From Chloroflexota bacterium (GTDB lineage: Bacteria; Chloroflexota; Dehalococcoidia; Lucifugimonadales; UBA3495): a stretch of 64,000 nt of DNA. Shown here in pieces: positions 1-8,739 of this stretch. The notes under the pieces are model-generated. The model was not told where the DNA came from. It worked only from the letters and a program-made list of their open reading frames with translations, and did not search any database. The position numbers and the translations under genes were made by a program. The stretch lies in the NCBI GenBank assembly GCA_028873965.1, contig JAPPMU010000041.1, forward strand, positions 36,056 to 100,055. The letters are read 5' to 3'. The first letter of the stretch is position 1. Each line of letters begins with the position of its first letter.

Positions 1-1335
1 ATCCAGCGAACCCAAGGATACGTCGTCGCCGTCAGCGCCCAGCCGCATAACGTTGAGGTTTATTCGGTCAAACTGGATGCGAGGGTTCAGCATGGCCAGA
101 CTGGTGGCGGCGAAATGCACGGCGGAGAGTTGCACGTCGTAGCCGTGGAGGGCCTGTTCTACCATAGCTTTGTGCAGGGCCGGAGCGTTTTGACCGCCGG
201 CTTCGGTGTGGCGTCGTTCGGCTTCCGCGGCCACGGCCATCAGCAGGGTGCCGGTGCCGCAGGCGATATCAGCGACGTTGAGGGATGCGGGAAACTCGTG
301 GTCGCTCCAGTCCACGCCGGGCGGCCAGTGGTGGAACACCAGTCGGGTAAGCAGGGTGGCCGCTGGAATGGAAGTGTAATAAGCGCCGGTGAATTTGGCA
401 TCAGTGAGAAGCGTGTGGAACAGCCGGCCAGACAAGTCGTGTCCTTCCAGATGGCTAGTGTCATCAATAGCTTTGAGCAAGGGGAAAATGACCGGCTCAT
501 GCAAGTCAGCCGGGCCATCCATGAGGATTTGCAAAACGTCGGCGGCCAAGCCGAAAACTGGGCGGTAGCCAATGTTGTCGCAGATATAACGCCAGGCCTG
601 GCAAAGGCCGGAGATTCCGCCGCGCCACGTTTCCCTAACGGTGGGCACATCTTCGTTTGCGGCGGCGAGGCGCATTTGAAAGGCCAGTGCGTTAAATATC
701 ACCAAGCAACCGATACGCAAGGCTTTGGCGCGGTCGCTTTCCTGGTCGGTCTGGGCGATGACATCCCCGACGCGTTGGGCGATTCGCGCATGGGTGGCGA
801 GTTTTGTCGCCGATTGTTCTACGGCGTGCTCGATGATAGCGGCGGCAGCCACTACGCGGTCAGTGCCTTCCAGTTCCAAAGGCAGCGTCCGCAAGTGCTC
901 AGCAATATCGGCGAGAGAGCCCAGTCGGGAACGACGTTCTGTGGTCAACTCGCCATTGGAACCGTGGAGCCACCAAGCGATGTCGTCGGCGTGTGCAAGT
1001 CCTTCACGAGTATCGTCAAGGTACTTCAGACCTTCGGGATAGAGTATACCGATAACGCCTAATGCGTCGGGAAACTCTTGCAACCGGTCATCGAGCTGGC
1101 TTTCCAACTGTGTGGCAGAATCCTCCCACTTGCATTCCAGCAGCACGGTGTCGCCGGCCTTCAACTCGACCCGGACGTCGGGAGTTGCGTTGCGATTGCG
1201 GCGTTCGGCGCGGGCAGCGATGCCCCGTTCTCGCAGCAGTTGGGCAAGCAGTGTATTGACCGCTTCCTCGCGGATAACTTCCCTGCCTCCGATACCGGGC
1301 AGAGTGGCGTTGCGGTTGCGTCGTGGTCGAGGCAT
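1..1335 (-). CDS. Type IIG-like restriction-modification protein (N-terminal PD-(D/E)xK-like region plus N6-adenine MTase), truncated by window edge
   Basis: Not in the ORF track; translated by hand from ATG at 1335 (GAGG upstream), open to position 1. Contains TPDVRVEL..LLECKW, LFHTLL..FTGAYYTS and SAM motif ADIACGTGTLL. Confidence 0.8.
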   Translation of the reverse strand, partial: MPRPRRNRNATLPGIGGREVIREEAVNTLLAQLLRERGIAARAERRNRNATPDVRVELKAGDTVLLECKWEDSATQLESQLDDRLQEFPDALGVIGILYPEGLKYLDDTREGLAHADDIAWWLHGSNGELTTERRSRLGSLADIAEHLRTLPLELEGTDRVVAAAAIIEHAVEQSATKLATHARIAQRVGDVIAQTDQESDRAKALRIGCLVIFNALAFQMRLAAANEDVPTVRETWRGGISGLCQAWRYICDNIGYRPVFGLAADVLQILMDGPADLHEPVIFPLLKAIDDTSHLEGHDLSGRLFHTLLTDAKFTGAYYTSIPAATLLTRLVFHHWPPGVDWSDHEFPASLNVADIACGTGTLLMAVAAEAERRHTEAGGQNAPALHKAMVEQALHGYDVQLSAVHFAATSLAMLNPRIQFDRINLNVMRLGADGDDVSLGSLD

Positions 1336-1467
1336 GGCTTGTTTTCCTCTTGGTTAGGTACATGATAGCCCGCCCGTGGCTGCCGCTTCAATCGCGCGCC
1401 GTCGCAACTGCCAACCCGTTATAATCCTCCCGTTCCCATTTCATTCGACAATAAGGGAGGCAATCCC

Positions 1468-2244
1468 ATGGATTTGACCCTGAACGGTAAGGTTGCGATG
1501 ATCACCGGAGGCAGCCGCGGTCTCGGTCGTCAGTGCGCCCTGGCTCTCGGCCGCGAGGGCTGCGCCGTGGCCATCTGCGGACGCGATGGCGAAACGGTCG
1601 AAAAGACCGTGTCCGAGCTCGCCGGCCTGGGCGTGAAGGCCAACGGCAGCCAGGCCGACGTCACCGACCCCGAAGATGCCGAGCGGTTCCTCCAGGAGAC
1701 CACCGCCGCCCTCGGCGCTCCCGACATCCTGGTGAACAACGTGGGCGGCCGCCGCGGCTCAGTTCTGTTCGACGAGACCTCCATGGAGCAGTTCCTTGAG
1801 GGTCTGGAAGTCAACCTCATCTCGGCCGTGCGCATGACCAAGTTGGCCCTACCCCACATGCAGGCGCAAGGTTGGGGCCGAGTGATCAACATCTCCTCAA
1901 TCTACGGGCGCGAGCATGGCGGCTCGGTTGACTACATGACGGGGAAGGCCGGCATGATCGCCTTTTCAAAGCACCTGGCCCTGCAGTTGGCGCAAACCGG
2001 CGTCCTGGTCAACTGTGTCGCACCCGGCAGCATCGATTTCCCGGGCAGCACCTGGGACCGCTTCCAACAGAACAACACGCCGGAAGTCGTAGCCGAGTTC
2101 ATCGACCGCAACCTGCCCATGGGCAAGTTCGGCTGGCCCGAGCCCATCGGCGAAACGGTGGCGTTCCTGGCCTCCGACCGTGCCGGCCTGATCACCGGCG
2201 CCTGCATCAACGTCGACGGCGGTCAGTCCAAGTCCCTGTTTTAG
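1468..2244 (+). CDS. Short-chain dehydrogenase/reductase
   Basis: TGGSRGLG, NNVG, YxxxK (YMTGK); GGAGG RBS; TATAAT at 1420-1425. Confidence 0.93.
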   Translation: MDLTLNGKVAMITGGSRGLGRQCALALGREGCAVAICGRDGETVEKTVSELAGLGVKANGSQADVTDPEDAERFLQETTAALGAPDILVNNVGGRRGSVLFDETSMEQFLEGLEVNLISAVRMTKLALPHMQAQGWGRVINISSIYGREHGGSVDYMTGKAGMIAFSKHLALQLAQTGVLVNCVAPGSIDFPGSTWDRFQQNNTPEVVAEFIDRNLPMGKFGWPEPIGETVAFLASDRAGLITGACINVDGGQSKSLF

Positions 2245-2409
2245 GGAGTGTCGTCAAATTATCCCGCCATTCCGGCGAAAACCGGAATCCAAGCGTTTCC
2301 ATACCCAAATCATTCTGCAACAGCGAGTGATTTTGGATTCCCGCTTTCGCGGGAATGACGGAAGTGGAACGCTTTGACGCTTGACAACTCAATTTGACGA
2401 CACGCCCTA
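2242..2409. mobile_element. MITE-like element with 19-bp terminal inverted repeats enclosing an inverted REP-like pair
   Basis: TAGGGAGTGTCGTCAAATT (2242-2260) vs AATTTGACGACACGCCCTA (2391-2409), one mismatch; internal palindromes at 2266-2290 and 2335-2359; same left end recurs at 63902-63916. Confidence 0.7.
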
Positions 2410-2417
2410 GGATTTTA

Positions 2418-2543
2418 GTCAGAAGCAGGATTTTCAGGATTATGGGATTGGCAGGATTAGATACGCCGACGCCGCATGTCACTACAATCCCGATGAACCG
2501 TGAATCCTGTAAATCCTAAAATTCGGTGAATCCTGCTTCAGAC
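2418..2543. repeat. GGAT/ATCC 9-bp-periodic inverted repeat element
   Basis: GTCAGAAGCAGGATT ... AATCCTGCTTCAGAC ends, with GGAT/ATCC recurring about every 9 bp inside. Confidence 0.8.
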
Positions 2544-2545
2544 AA

Positions 2546-3364
2546 CTACCCCGGCTGGTGCACCGTTCCCACGAATTCCAGCCAGGCCAGCACGCACTTC
2601 TCCGGAGCCGAGTGCTGGACATAACCGCCGGCGCCGGGGACCCGGGCCAGCCGGCAGTTCGGCATCATCTCCGCCTGCCCTTGCGCCCGGTCGGGGATGT
2701 CTCCCTCGCTCAGTTCGCCAACCATCGCCAGCGCCGGGGTCTGGATAGTCGGCAGTTTTTCGGACAGGTTCTGGGTACCCAGGTAGGCCAGGGTTTCCAG
2801 CACCACGTGGCGGGCGGTTTGTCCCATCTGCTGGATGTACCACTCGTGGTGCTCCGGCGCCTCGTCCGCGCTGACCCGACGGCCCCCGGTGGCTCGCGCC
2901 CAACCGTCCACGCCCTCCTCTGCCACCAGCCGGTAGTAGTTCTGGTAGGTGTCCACTCCCGTGAAATTGTACGGCGACGTGCACGTGGTCACCGTGTGCA
3001 GCCGCTCCGGGTACTGGTAGGCGAACTGCAGGGCGATGGTGCCGCCAATCGTCTCCCCGATCAGGTGCACCCTGTCCAGCTCAAGGTAATCGAGCAGGTT
3101 GCGCAGGTCTCCGGAGAAACCCTCCAGTGACCAGTCGTACCCGGGCTCCGGCACGGTCGAACGCCCGAAGCCTCGCATGTCCACACGGATCACACGGTAC
3201 TGCCGCGCCAGCAGCGGTGGCCAGGCGTACCACAGCCGGCCGCTCTTGGCGTTGCCGTGATGCAGCACGATGGTTTCGACCGTACTCGGATCACGCCACG
3301 GATCGGTAAAGTTATCGTCGTCGTAGTACATCTCCAGGTCGCCGGCCAGCGGAGCTATGGGCAT
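2546..3364 (-). CDS. Alpha/beta fold hydrolase
   Basis: LHHG, DMRGFGRS, nucleophile-elbow position reads GETIGG; AAGGAGG RBS. Confidence 0.88.
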   Translation of the reverse strand: MPIAPLAGDLEMYYDDDNFTDPWRDPSTVETIVLHHGNAKSGRLWYAWPPLLARQYRVIRVDMRGFGRSTVPEPGYDWSLEGFSGDLRNLLDYLELDRVHLIGETIGGTIALQFAYQYPERLHTVTTCTSPYNFTGVDTYQNYYRLVAEEGVDGWARATGGRRVSADEAPEHHEWYIQQMGQTARHVVLETLAYLGTQNLSEKLPTIQTPALAMVGELSEGDIPDRAQGQAEMMPNCRLARVPGAGGYVQHSAPEKCVLAWLEFVGTVHQPG

Positions 3365-3387
3365 GGGGCCTCCTTAGGGCTGTTCTG

Positions 3388-3478
3388 GTCAGAAGCAGGA
3401 TTTACCGGATTTCAAGGATTCACTGGATGATAGCAATATCCTGTAAATCCTCCTAATCTTTAAAATCCTGCTTCTGAC
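3388..3478. repeat. GGAT/ATCC 9-bp-periodic inverted repeat element
   Basis: Perfect 16-bp IR GTCAGAAGCAGGATTT ... AAATCCTGCTTCTGAC. Confidence 0.85.
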
Positions 3479-3491
3479 GATTCGGGAATCG

Positions 3492-3869
3492 CTACACGCC
3501 GAGACCGCCGCCGGGCGTCTGATCCGCCAGCGGGATCTGCACGCTGATCCGGTCGACGTCGCCCACGCTGCGGGTGGTATGACCGCGGCCGGTCAGGTCC
3601 TCGCAGAGCTCGATGTCGCCCACGTTGAATATCCGCTTCGTCCCATCACCCAGGCCGATCTCCACCTGTCCCTGCAATGTGATCACGTACTGCCGGCGCG
3701 GCGCGGTGTGAAAATCCACCAACTGGGTGGGCCTCAGGCAACTGAACTGCACGCCGGTGGCCGCCTCGGTAGCGGTCCTCAGCGCGTGTCCCATCTGCTC
3801 GAAGGGCAACTCCATTTCCTCGATATGCGATTCGCCGTCCTCGCCAGTGTAGAGCCTGACTACCTGCAT
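3492..3869 (-). CDS. Cupin-like small protein
   Basis: HTAPRRQYVITLQG..EDLTGRGH; close paralog at 57524-57862; GGAGG RBS. Confidence 0.8.
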   Translation of the reverse strand: MQVVRLYTGEDGESHIEEMELPFEQMGHALRTATEAATGVQFSCLRPTQLVDFHTAPRRQYVITLQGQVEIGLGDGTKRIFNVGDIELCEDLTGRGHTTRSVGDVDRISVQIPLADQTPGGGLGV

Positions 3870-3919
3870 TTCGTGTCCTCCGGTTCCGTTTGTGATTGGG
3901 TCTGATAGCGCCAGAGTGG

Positions 3920-4165
3920 CTAGTCAATGTAGAAATGTGGCCGCAGGTCTGGCTCTGGGACGAATTGTACAGCCTGATTGAAAATTGAGTGCAAGGTTCC
4001 TCTGGCGAGTTCGCGATGGAGCGGGACTGACAAGTTCTGATTTTGACCGGAATCGAGCGTTCTTCTGAGCTTCACATGGCTTCCTTTTTGAGAGTGTCTG
4101 CGGAAACCGAACCGAGCCATGATTGCGATGACGTCGCTGCCGGACAGTCTTCTAAGCCGCGGCAT
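3920..4165 (-). CDS. hicA: HicA-family toxin
   Basis: GF..SQKGSHVKL..VPLHRELARGTLHSI signature; overlaps upstream antitoxin. Confidence 0.88.
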   Translation of the reverse strand: MPRLRRLSGSDVIAIMARFGFRRHSQKGSHVKLRRTLDSGQNQNLSVPLHRELARGTLHSIFNQAVQFVPEPDLRPHFYID

Positions 4166-4388
4166 CGGTTAGCTCCATCTCAAGCACTACAGATAAAATT
4201 GGGTTATCGGCCAACCCAATTTCGGCAAGGTCTTCATCTTCCAAGTGAAGACTGACCGCTTCGCGCAAGTTGTCGAGAGTTTCGTCCAGAGTGCTCCCCT
4301 GGGTCACAACGGCGACCTCCAGACAATTGGCCACATAGTACCCGTCGCTGGGGAAAACGACGGCATGGATGTTACGAGACAGGTTCAT
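4152..4388 (-). CDS. hicB: HicB-family antitoxin
   Basis: YYVANCLE..TQGSTLDETLDNLREAVSLHLE signature. Confidence 0.88.
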   Translation of the reverse strand: MNLSRNIHAVVFPSDGYYVANCLEVAVVTQGSTLDETLDNLREAVSLHLEDEDLAEIGLADNPILSVVLEMELTDAAA

Positions 4389-5065
4389 TGCTGGTTCCTC
4401 CGGTTTGATGCCTGCCCAGTCTCGCAGATGTCATGCAGGCAGCACCCGCCGCATCGGGGGTTGTTCTTGGCGCAGACTTCCTTGTGGTGCCGGTCAAGCA
4501 GGGCGTGAAACTCATTGTACACTTGCACGTCCGACGGGATGCCGGCGTGGAACATTGCCTGCCAGCTGTGATAATCGTCGCGGCCTTGCGGCGTCAGCCC
4601 GACGCGCCGCATGATGCGGATGGTGTAGGCGTCGATCACGAACGACGCCCTGCCGGCCGCGTACACCATGATGTCGTCGGCGGTTTCCGGGCCAATGCCG
4701 TGGATGCCCAACAACTCCCGGCGCAACGCTCCCGTTTCCGCCACGAACATGCGGTCCAGTTCCCCGTCGTAATATCCGCAAACGTGGGCAGCAAAGGCCT
4801 TCAGTTTGCGCGCCTTGGCGTTGTAGTACCCCGACGGCCGCACCAGCCCAGCCAGATCATCGAGCGGCAGCGCGTGCACCGCCGGCCAATCATCTACTCC
4901 GGCGGCACGCAGATTGCCCAGCGCTTGCTCCACGTTGCGCCATGCCGCCGCCTGCGTCAGAATCGCCCCGGCGATCATCTCGAACCGGCTGCTGGCCGGC
5001 CACCAACCCTGCGGCCCGTAGGCGTCCAGCAAACGACGGTATATCTCCATCAACGAGTGTTCCAC
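4385..5065 (-). CDS. Endonuclease III-related HhH-GPD protein
   Basis: GAILTQ, LLGIHGIGPETAD, C-terminal Fe-S cysteine cluster. Confidence 0.88.
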   Translation of the reverse strand: MEHSLMEIYRRLLDAYGPQGWWPASSRFEMIAGAILTQAAAWRNVEQALGNLRAAGVDDWPAVHALPLDDLAGLVRPSGYYNAKARKLKAFAAHVCGYYDGELDRMFVAETGALRRELLGIHGIGPETADDIMVYAAGRASFVIDAYTIRIMRRVGLTPQGRDDYHSWQAMFHAGIPSDVQVYNEFHALLDRHHKEVCAKNNPRCGGCCLHDICETGQASNRRNQQ

Positions 5066-5110
5066 CGATGCACTGTTCCTTCCGTACTGTTGGTAAGCCG
5101 TACCCGTGAA

Positions 5111-5800
5111 TCACAGCAAGGCCGGCACGGCGTCGGCCAGTTCTATGCTGCGCTCGGTCACGTCGCAACGATAAGCCCAGACCGCCACACCGGCGTCACG
5201 CGCTTCTCTCAAGGTGGCTCCTAGCAATGGGTCCGCAACGTCGTGGGGCGCAAATGCCTCGGCATCCGCGCGCTGGATCACGAACACCACTGCCGCGTCG
5301 TGACCCACGTCTCGCGCCGCCATCAGGCTCCGCAGGTGTTTCACCCCCCGGATGGTCGGTGCATCCGGAAACAGGCCGACGCCGGCTTCAACCAGGGTGA
5401 CCGACTTGGTCTCGACATAACACTTGCCGGCGCAACCCTCCAGCAGGAAGTCCAGCCGGCTCTCGCCGAATACCTGCTCGCCCCGTACCACCGGATAGTC
5501 GGCGAACTGCGGCAGGCGTTTCTGCATCAATGCCTCAGCGACCAGCTTGTTGGGCAACCGGGCGTCCGCGGAAGATAGAGCGCTCCCCGTATCCACCAGC
5601 GCCAGGTCGAAGCTGGTTTTGCGATTGGCTCCCTCCGGCGCCGGCGCCAGCAGGACCCGAAACCCCGGCACCAGCAGCTCGCCCATTCTGCCCGAGTTGG
5701 CCACGTGCGCCAGGTATTCCCGGCGCTCCACGTCCACCAGGGCCGCGAACCGGTTCAGTCGTTTGATGAATCGCCCTTCAACCAGCGGAGGGAATTGCAA
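5111..5800 (-). CDS. sfsA: DNA/RNA nuclease SfsA
   Basis: RLNRF, HVANSGRM, SRLDFLL, ETKSVTL, FPDAPTIRGVKHL; start placed at TTG 5800 with GGAG RBS. Confidence 0.92.
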   Translation of the reverse strand: MQFPPLVEGRFIKRLNRFAALVDVERREYLAHVANSGRMGELLVPGFRVLLAPAPEGANRKTSFDLALVDTGSALSSADARLPNKLVAEALMQKRLPQFADYPVVRGEQVFGESRLDFLLEGCAGKCYVETKSVTLVEAGVGLFPDAPTIRGVKHLRSLMAARDVGHDAAVVFVIQRADAEAFAPHDVADPLLGATLREARDAGVAVWAYRCDVTERSIELADAVPALL

Positions 5801-5888
5801 CGGTGCTCTCCAGAATAGACTGCCGACCCCGAGGTCGACAGCCGCGTCGCCACGGCAAACCGCAATCCAAATCGATCTTACGGGGCAT

Positions 5889-5926
5889 GTAACAAAAGCG
5901 TAATCAGTTCGTAATTGCCCGTTAAT
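5889..5926 (+). promoter_or_regulatory. Four GTAAY-type direct repeats at 11-bp period, probable OmpR/GlnR-type operator
   Basis: GTAAC 5889, GTAAT 5900, GTAAT 5911, TTAAT 5922, between divergent sfsA and the regulator gene. Confidence 0.6.
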
Positions 5927-5998
5927 CCGTTGTCCGCAATATAAGGCCATCGGCGGCGCCCTGCCAAACTATCCATGCGCTGCTGACGAGGTTCGGCG

Positions 5999-6691
5999 AT
6001 GATCACGTATGCAGGTTATCAACCCACCAGCGGCGCCGCTCCTCGCGTCCTCTTGTTGGGACAGGGTTGGGACATGATCAAGGGCGCGTTGGCAGCGGCT
6101 TCCGACGCCGGCGCCATCGAGCTTATCGGCCCGGAAGCCTCCTATGACGCAGATGCCAACTACGGCGCGGACTCCCCCGCGGTGCTGCTGCTGTCTCCCG
6201 ACGCGGACGTTCCCGCTCACCCCGACGACGACGCCGGACCCCCGGTCCTGCGCTGCGTTCCCGACGACGAGTTGGACGATCCCGACCTGTACGATGACCT
6301 TGACGACTTTGTCGCCGTGCCCTGTTCCCCCGCCGAACTGATCAAGCGGATCCTTCGCCTCGCCAACCGGCATGCTGCCACCTCGGTTTCGTCAGGCTCC
6401 ATTCGCGTCGGCGGCATATTGCTCAACCCCGCCACCTACCAGGTCACGGCTAACGGTCGGCCGGTGGACCTGGCCTGGCTGGAGTTCCAGCTCCTCCAGT
6501 TCCTGATGGACAACGTGGGCAAGGTCTTTACCCGCGACCAGCTGCTGGCCAGCGTCTGGGGCGTCGAGAACATCGGCGGCACGCGCACCGTAGACGTCCA
6601 TATCCGCCGCCTGCGCTACAAGCTGGAGAGTGGACCCGAAACCTATTTCCGCACCGTCAAGAACGTCGGCTACGGCATGGTCGAACCGTAG
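5999..6691 (+). CDS. OmpR-family winged-helix regulator with degenerate receiver (GlnR-like)
   Basis: C-terminal VFTRDQLL..VWG..GGTRTVDVHIRRLRYKL..TVKNVGY; receiver lacks the canonical acidic pocket; no adjacent kinase. Confidence 0.85.
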   Translation: MITYAGYQPTSGAAPRVLLLGQGWDMIKGALAAASDAGAIELIGPEASYDADANYGADSPAVLLLSPDADVPAHPDDDAGPPVLRCVPDDELDDPDLYDDLDDFVAVPCSPAELIKRILRLANRHAATSVSSGSIRVGGILLNPATYQVTANGRPVDLAWLEFQLLQFLMDNVGKVFTRDQLLASVWGVENIGGTRTVDVHIRRLRYKLESGPETYFRTVKNVGYGMVEP

Positions 6692-6766
6692 CTCGGCGGC
6701 TGGTGACGTAGCAGTAAGGGGCGAGTGTGAAAACCCGCCCCTTTCGCGTTGCCGATTGCGCGGCCG

Positions 6767-7996
6767 TTACCACTCGGCCGGCAGGCTCACCACGCCGCGA
6801 ATGTTCAGCAGGTTGTGGTATTCCAGTTCGTCGGGGTCGCTGGCGAACTTGAAAGGCGGGAACTTGCGGGTCAGCGCGCGAAACGCCTCCTGACCCTCCA
6901 GCCGCGCCAGGTTGGCGCCCAGGCAGTGGTGGATGCCGCCGCCGAAAGCCACGTGCGGGTTCGGGTAGCGCGTGATGTCCAGGTCCTCGGGATTCTCGAA
7001 GGCCATCGGGTCCCGGTTCGCGGAGTTGATGATCGCCATCACCTTTTCGCCTTCCCGGATCTTCTGGCCGCCCAGCTCGATGTCCTCCAGCGCGATGCGC
7101 GGCGCGCGCTTCACCGGCGAGTCGTACCGCAGCAACTCTTCCGTCGCTCGCACCAGCAGGCTGTCGTCCTCCTTGAGCATGTTCCACTGCTCGGGGTTCT
7201 TCATCAGCGCCATGGTTCCGTTGCCCACCAGGTTGATGGTGGTCTGGTGGCCGGCAATGAGCAGCAGCAGGGTGTTGCCCAGCACTTCCTCGCGGCTCAA
7301 CTCGCCCTCCCGCTCGCCGATTGCCAGCACCGACAGCAGGTCGTCGGAGGGCTCGCTGACGCGCGTCTCCACCAGCGGGTTGACGTAATCATTCAGCGTG
7401 GTGATGGCCTCATGCACCCGGGTGTGCCGGTCCGGCGACTCCTGGTCCAGCGACAGCAGTTGCCGGGATAGCGTCCGGATGAACTCCCGGTCCTCCGCCG
7501 GCATGCCCAGCCAGTTGGCGATCACCAGCACCGGCATAGCGTTGGCGAAGTCTCTGAGCACGTCCATCTCCCCGCCCTCGGGGTCGAAGTCCTTCAGCAG
7601 ATCCTGGATTATGCCCTGCACCATCGCCCGGAACCGGTTGTCGATGTACTTCGGGTTGAACACCGGGTGGACGGTGCGGCGCATCCGCAGGTGGTCCGGC
7701 CGGTCCCGCCGGATGAACCAGTTGTTCATGTAGTCCAGGTTGTACTTGTACTTCGGGAAGTCCTCTTCCGAAATCGGCGGGCTGGGTGGCTTCTCATCCC
7801 GCAGGAACACCTCGGACGAGAAGTACTCCGGGTGCCGCAGCGCCCACACCACGGCCTGGTAGGAAGTGACCACCCAGGTGTCGAACTTGGCGTTCCAGTA
7901 AACCGGCGCCTCTTCCCGCAGCATCGCGTAGTACGAATACGGGTTCCGCAGGTTTTCCGGCGAAAGCAACTCGTCGTGGATTCGATCTTTCAGCAT
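6767..7996 (-). CDS. Cytochrome P450
   Basis: EELLRY, FGGGIHHCLG haem motif, I-helix AGHQTT. Confidence 0.95.
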   Translation of the reverse strand: MLKDRIHDELLSPENLRNPYSYYAMLREEAPVYWNAKFDTWVVTSYQAVVWALRHPEYFSSEVFLRDEKPPSPPISEEDFPKYKYNLDYMNNWFIRRDRPDHLRMRRTVHPVFNPKYIDNRFRAMVQGIIQDLLKDFDPEGGEMDVLRDFANAMPVLVIANWLGMPAEDREFIRTLSRQLLSLDQESPDRHTRVHEAITTLNDYVNPLVETRVSEPSDDLLSVLAIGEREGELSREEVLGNTLLLLIAGHQTTINLVGNGTMALMKNPEQWNMLKEDDSLLVRATEELLRYDSPVKRAPRIALEDIELGGQKIREGEKVMAIINSANRDPMAFENPEDLDITRYPNPHVAFGGGIHHCLGANLARLEGQEAFRALTRKFPPFKFASDPDELEYHNLLNIRGVVSLPAEW

Positions 7997-8066
7997 GGGT
8001 ACTGCCTCGCAACTGGGTGTGGTTCACTATGGTGGCAACCAATTTAGCCATCGGGTGATTGGGATG

Positions 8067-8699
8067 TCAACTTGAACGAGCGCGTCGCAGAACTCGCACG
8101 TTCCACCAGACAATCAGCGGCGTAATCACCACCGTAGGCAATATCCAGGGCACCCACACCGGATCCATATCGACGTTCACCACGGTCACCGCCGTGATCG
8201 TGGCGATGGTGCCGGCCATCATGTTCGTGAGATGCCGCGACACCCGTCGCGCGCCGCCCGGCTGTTTCCAGTGAAACCTCGCGTCCGCCAGCCCCAAGGC
8301 GATTGCGATCCCGCCAAAGAGCAGCAGCGTTATCCACTGTGAACTGCCGTCAAGGGCAATGACTACGGCATACCCCCACATCGCCAGGCCCGTCACACCG
8401 ATGGCGGACACGGCAATCCAATCCACCGGATGGGCGCGCCTCTGCCGGTTCCGCGCGAACCGCCATCCCGCGAAAACCAGGTAGAAGCTGAACAGCGCAA
8501 TCAGAAAAAGGAACGTGCTGGCGCCCAGGACGGCCAGCGGCACCGCCGTGAGGAACACCACCGTCATTCCGACCGCATAAACCCGGCCGGCCAGCACATG
8601 CCAACGCCCGCCCTTGGCGGTGACCAACGCAACCCCAGCGCTCGCCAACGATGCCGAACCCGCGGCGATGTGCACCGCCAGCAAAATCAGTTGGATCAA
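8067..8699 (-). CDS. Multi-pass membrane protein (DUF2306-like)
   Basis: HIAAG..KGGRWH..GRVY and RHLTNMMAGTIA motifs; about six hydrophobic segments. Confidence 0.75.
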   Translation of the reverse strand: MIQLILLAVHIAAGSASLASAGVALVTAKGGRWHVLAGRVYAVGMTVVFLTAVPLAVLGASTFLFLIALFSFYLVFAGWRFARNRQRRAHPVDWIAVSAIGVTGLAMWGYAVVIALDGSSQWITLLLFGGIAIALGLADARFHWKQPGGARRVSRHLTNMMAGTIATITAVTVVNVDMDPVWVPWILPTVVITPLIVWWNVRVLRRARSS

Positions 8700-8739
8700 G
8701 GACTGCCGCCCGCAGTGGTGACCTGAGAATACGTCAGGG

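Noticed and set aside
115-1365. Plus-strand ORFs 115-1062 and 1078-1365
   Set aside because: Same-register antisense shadows of the minus-strand R-M gene, which carries the motifs.
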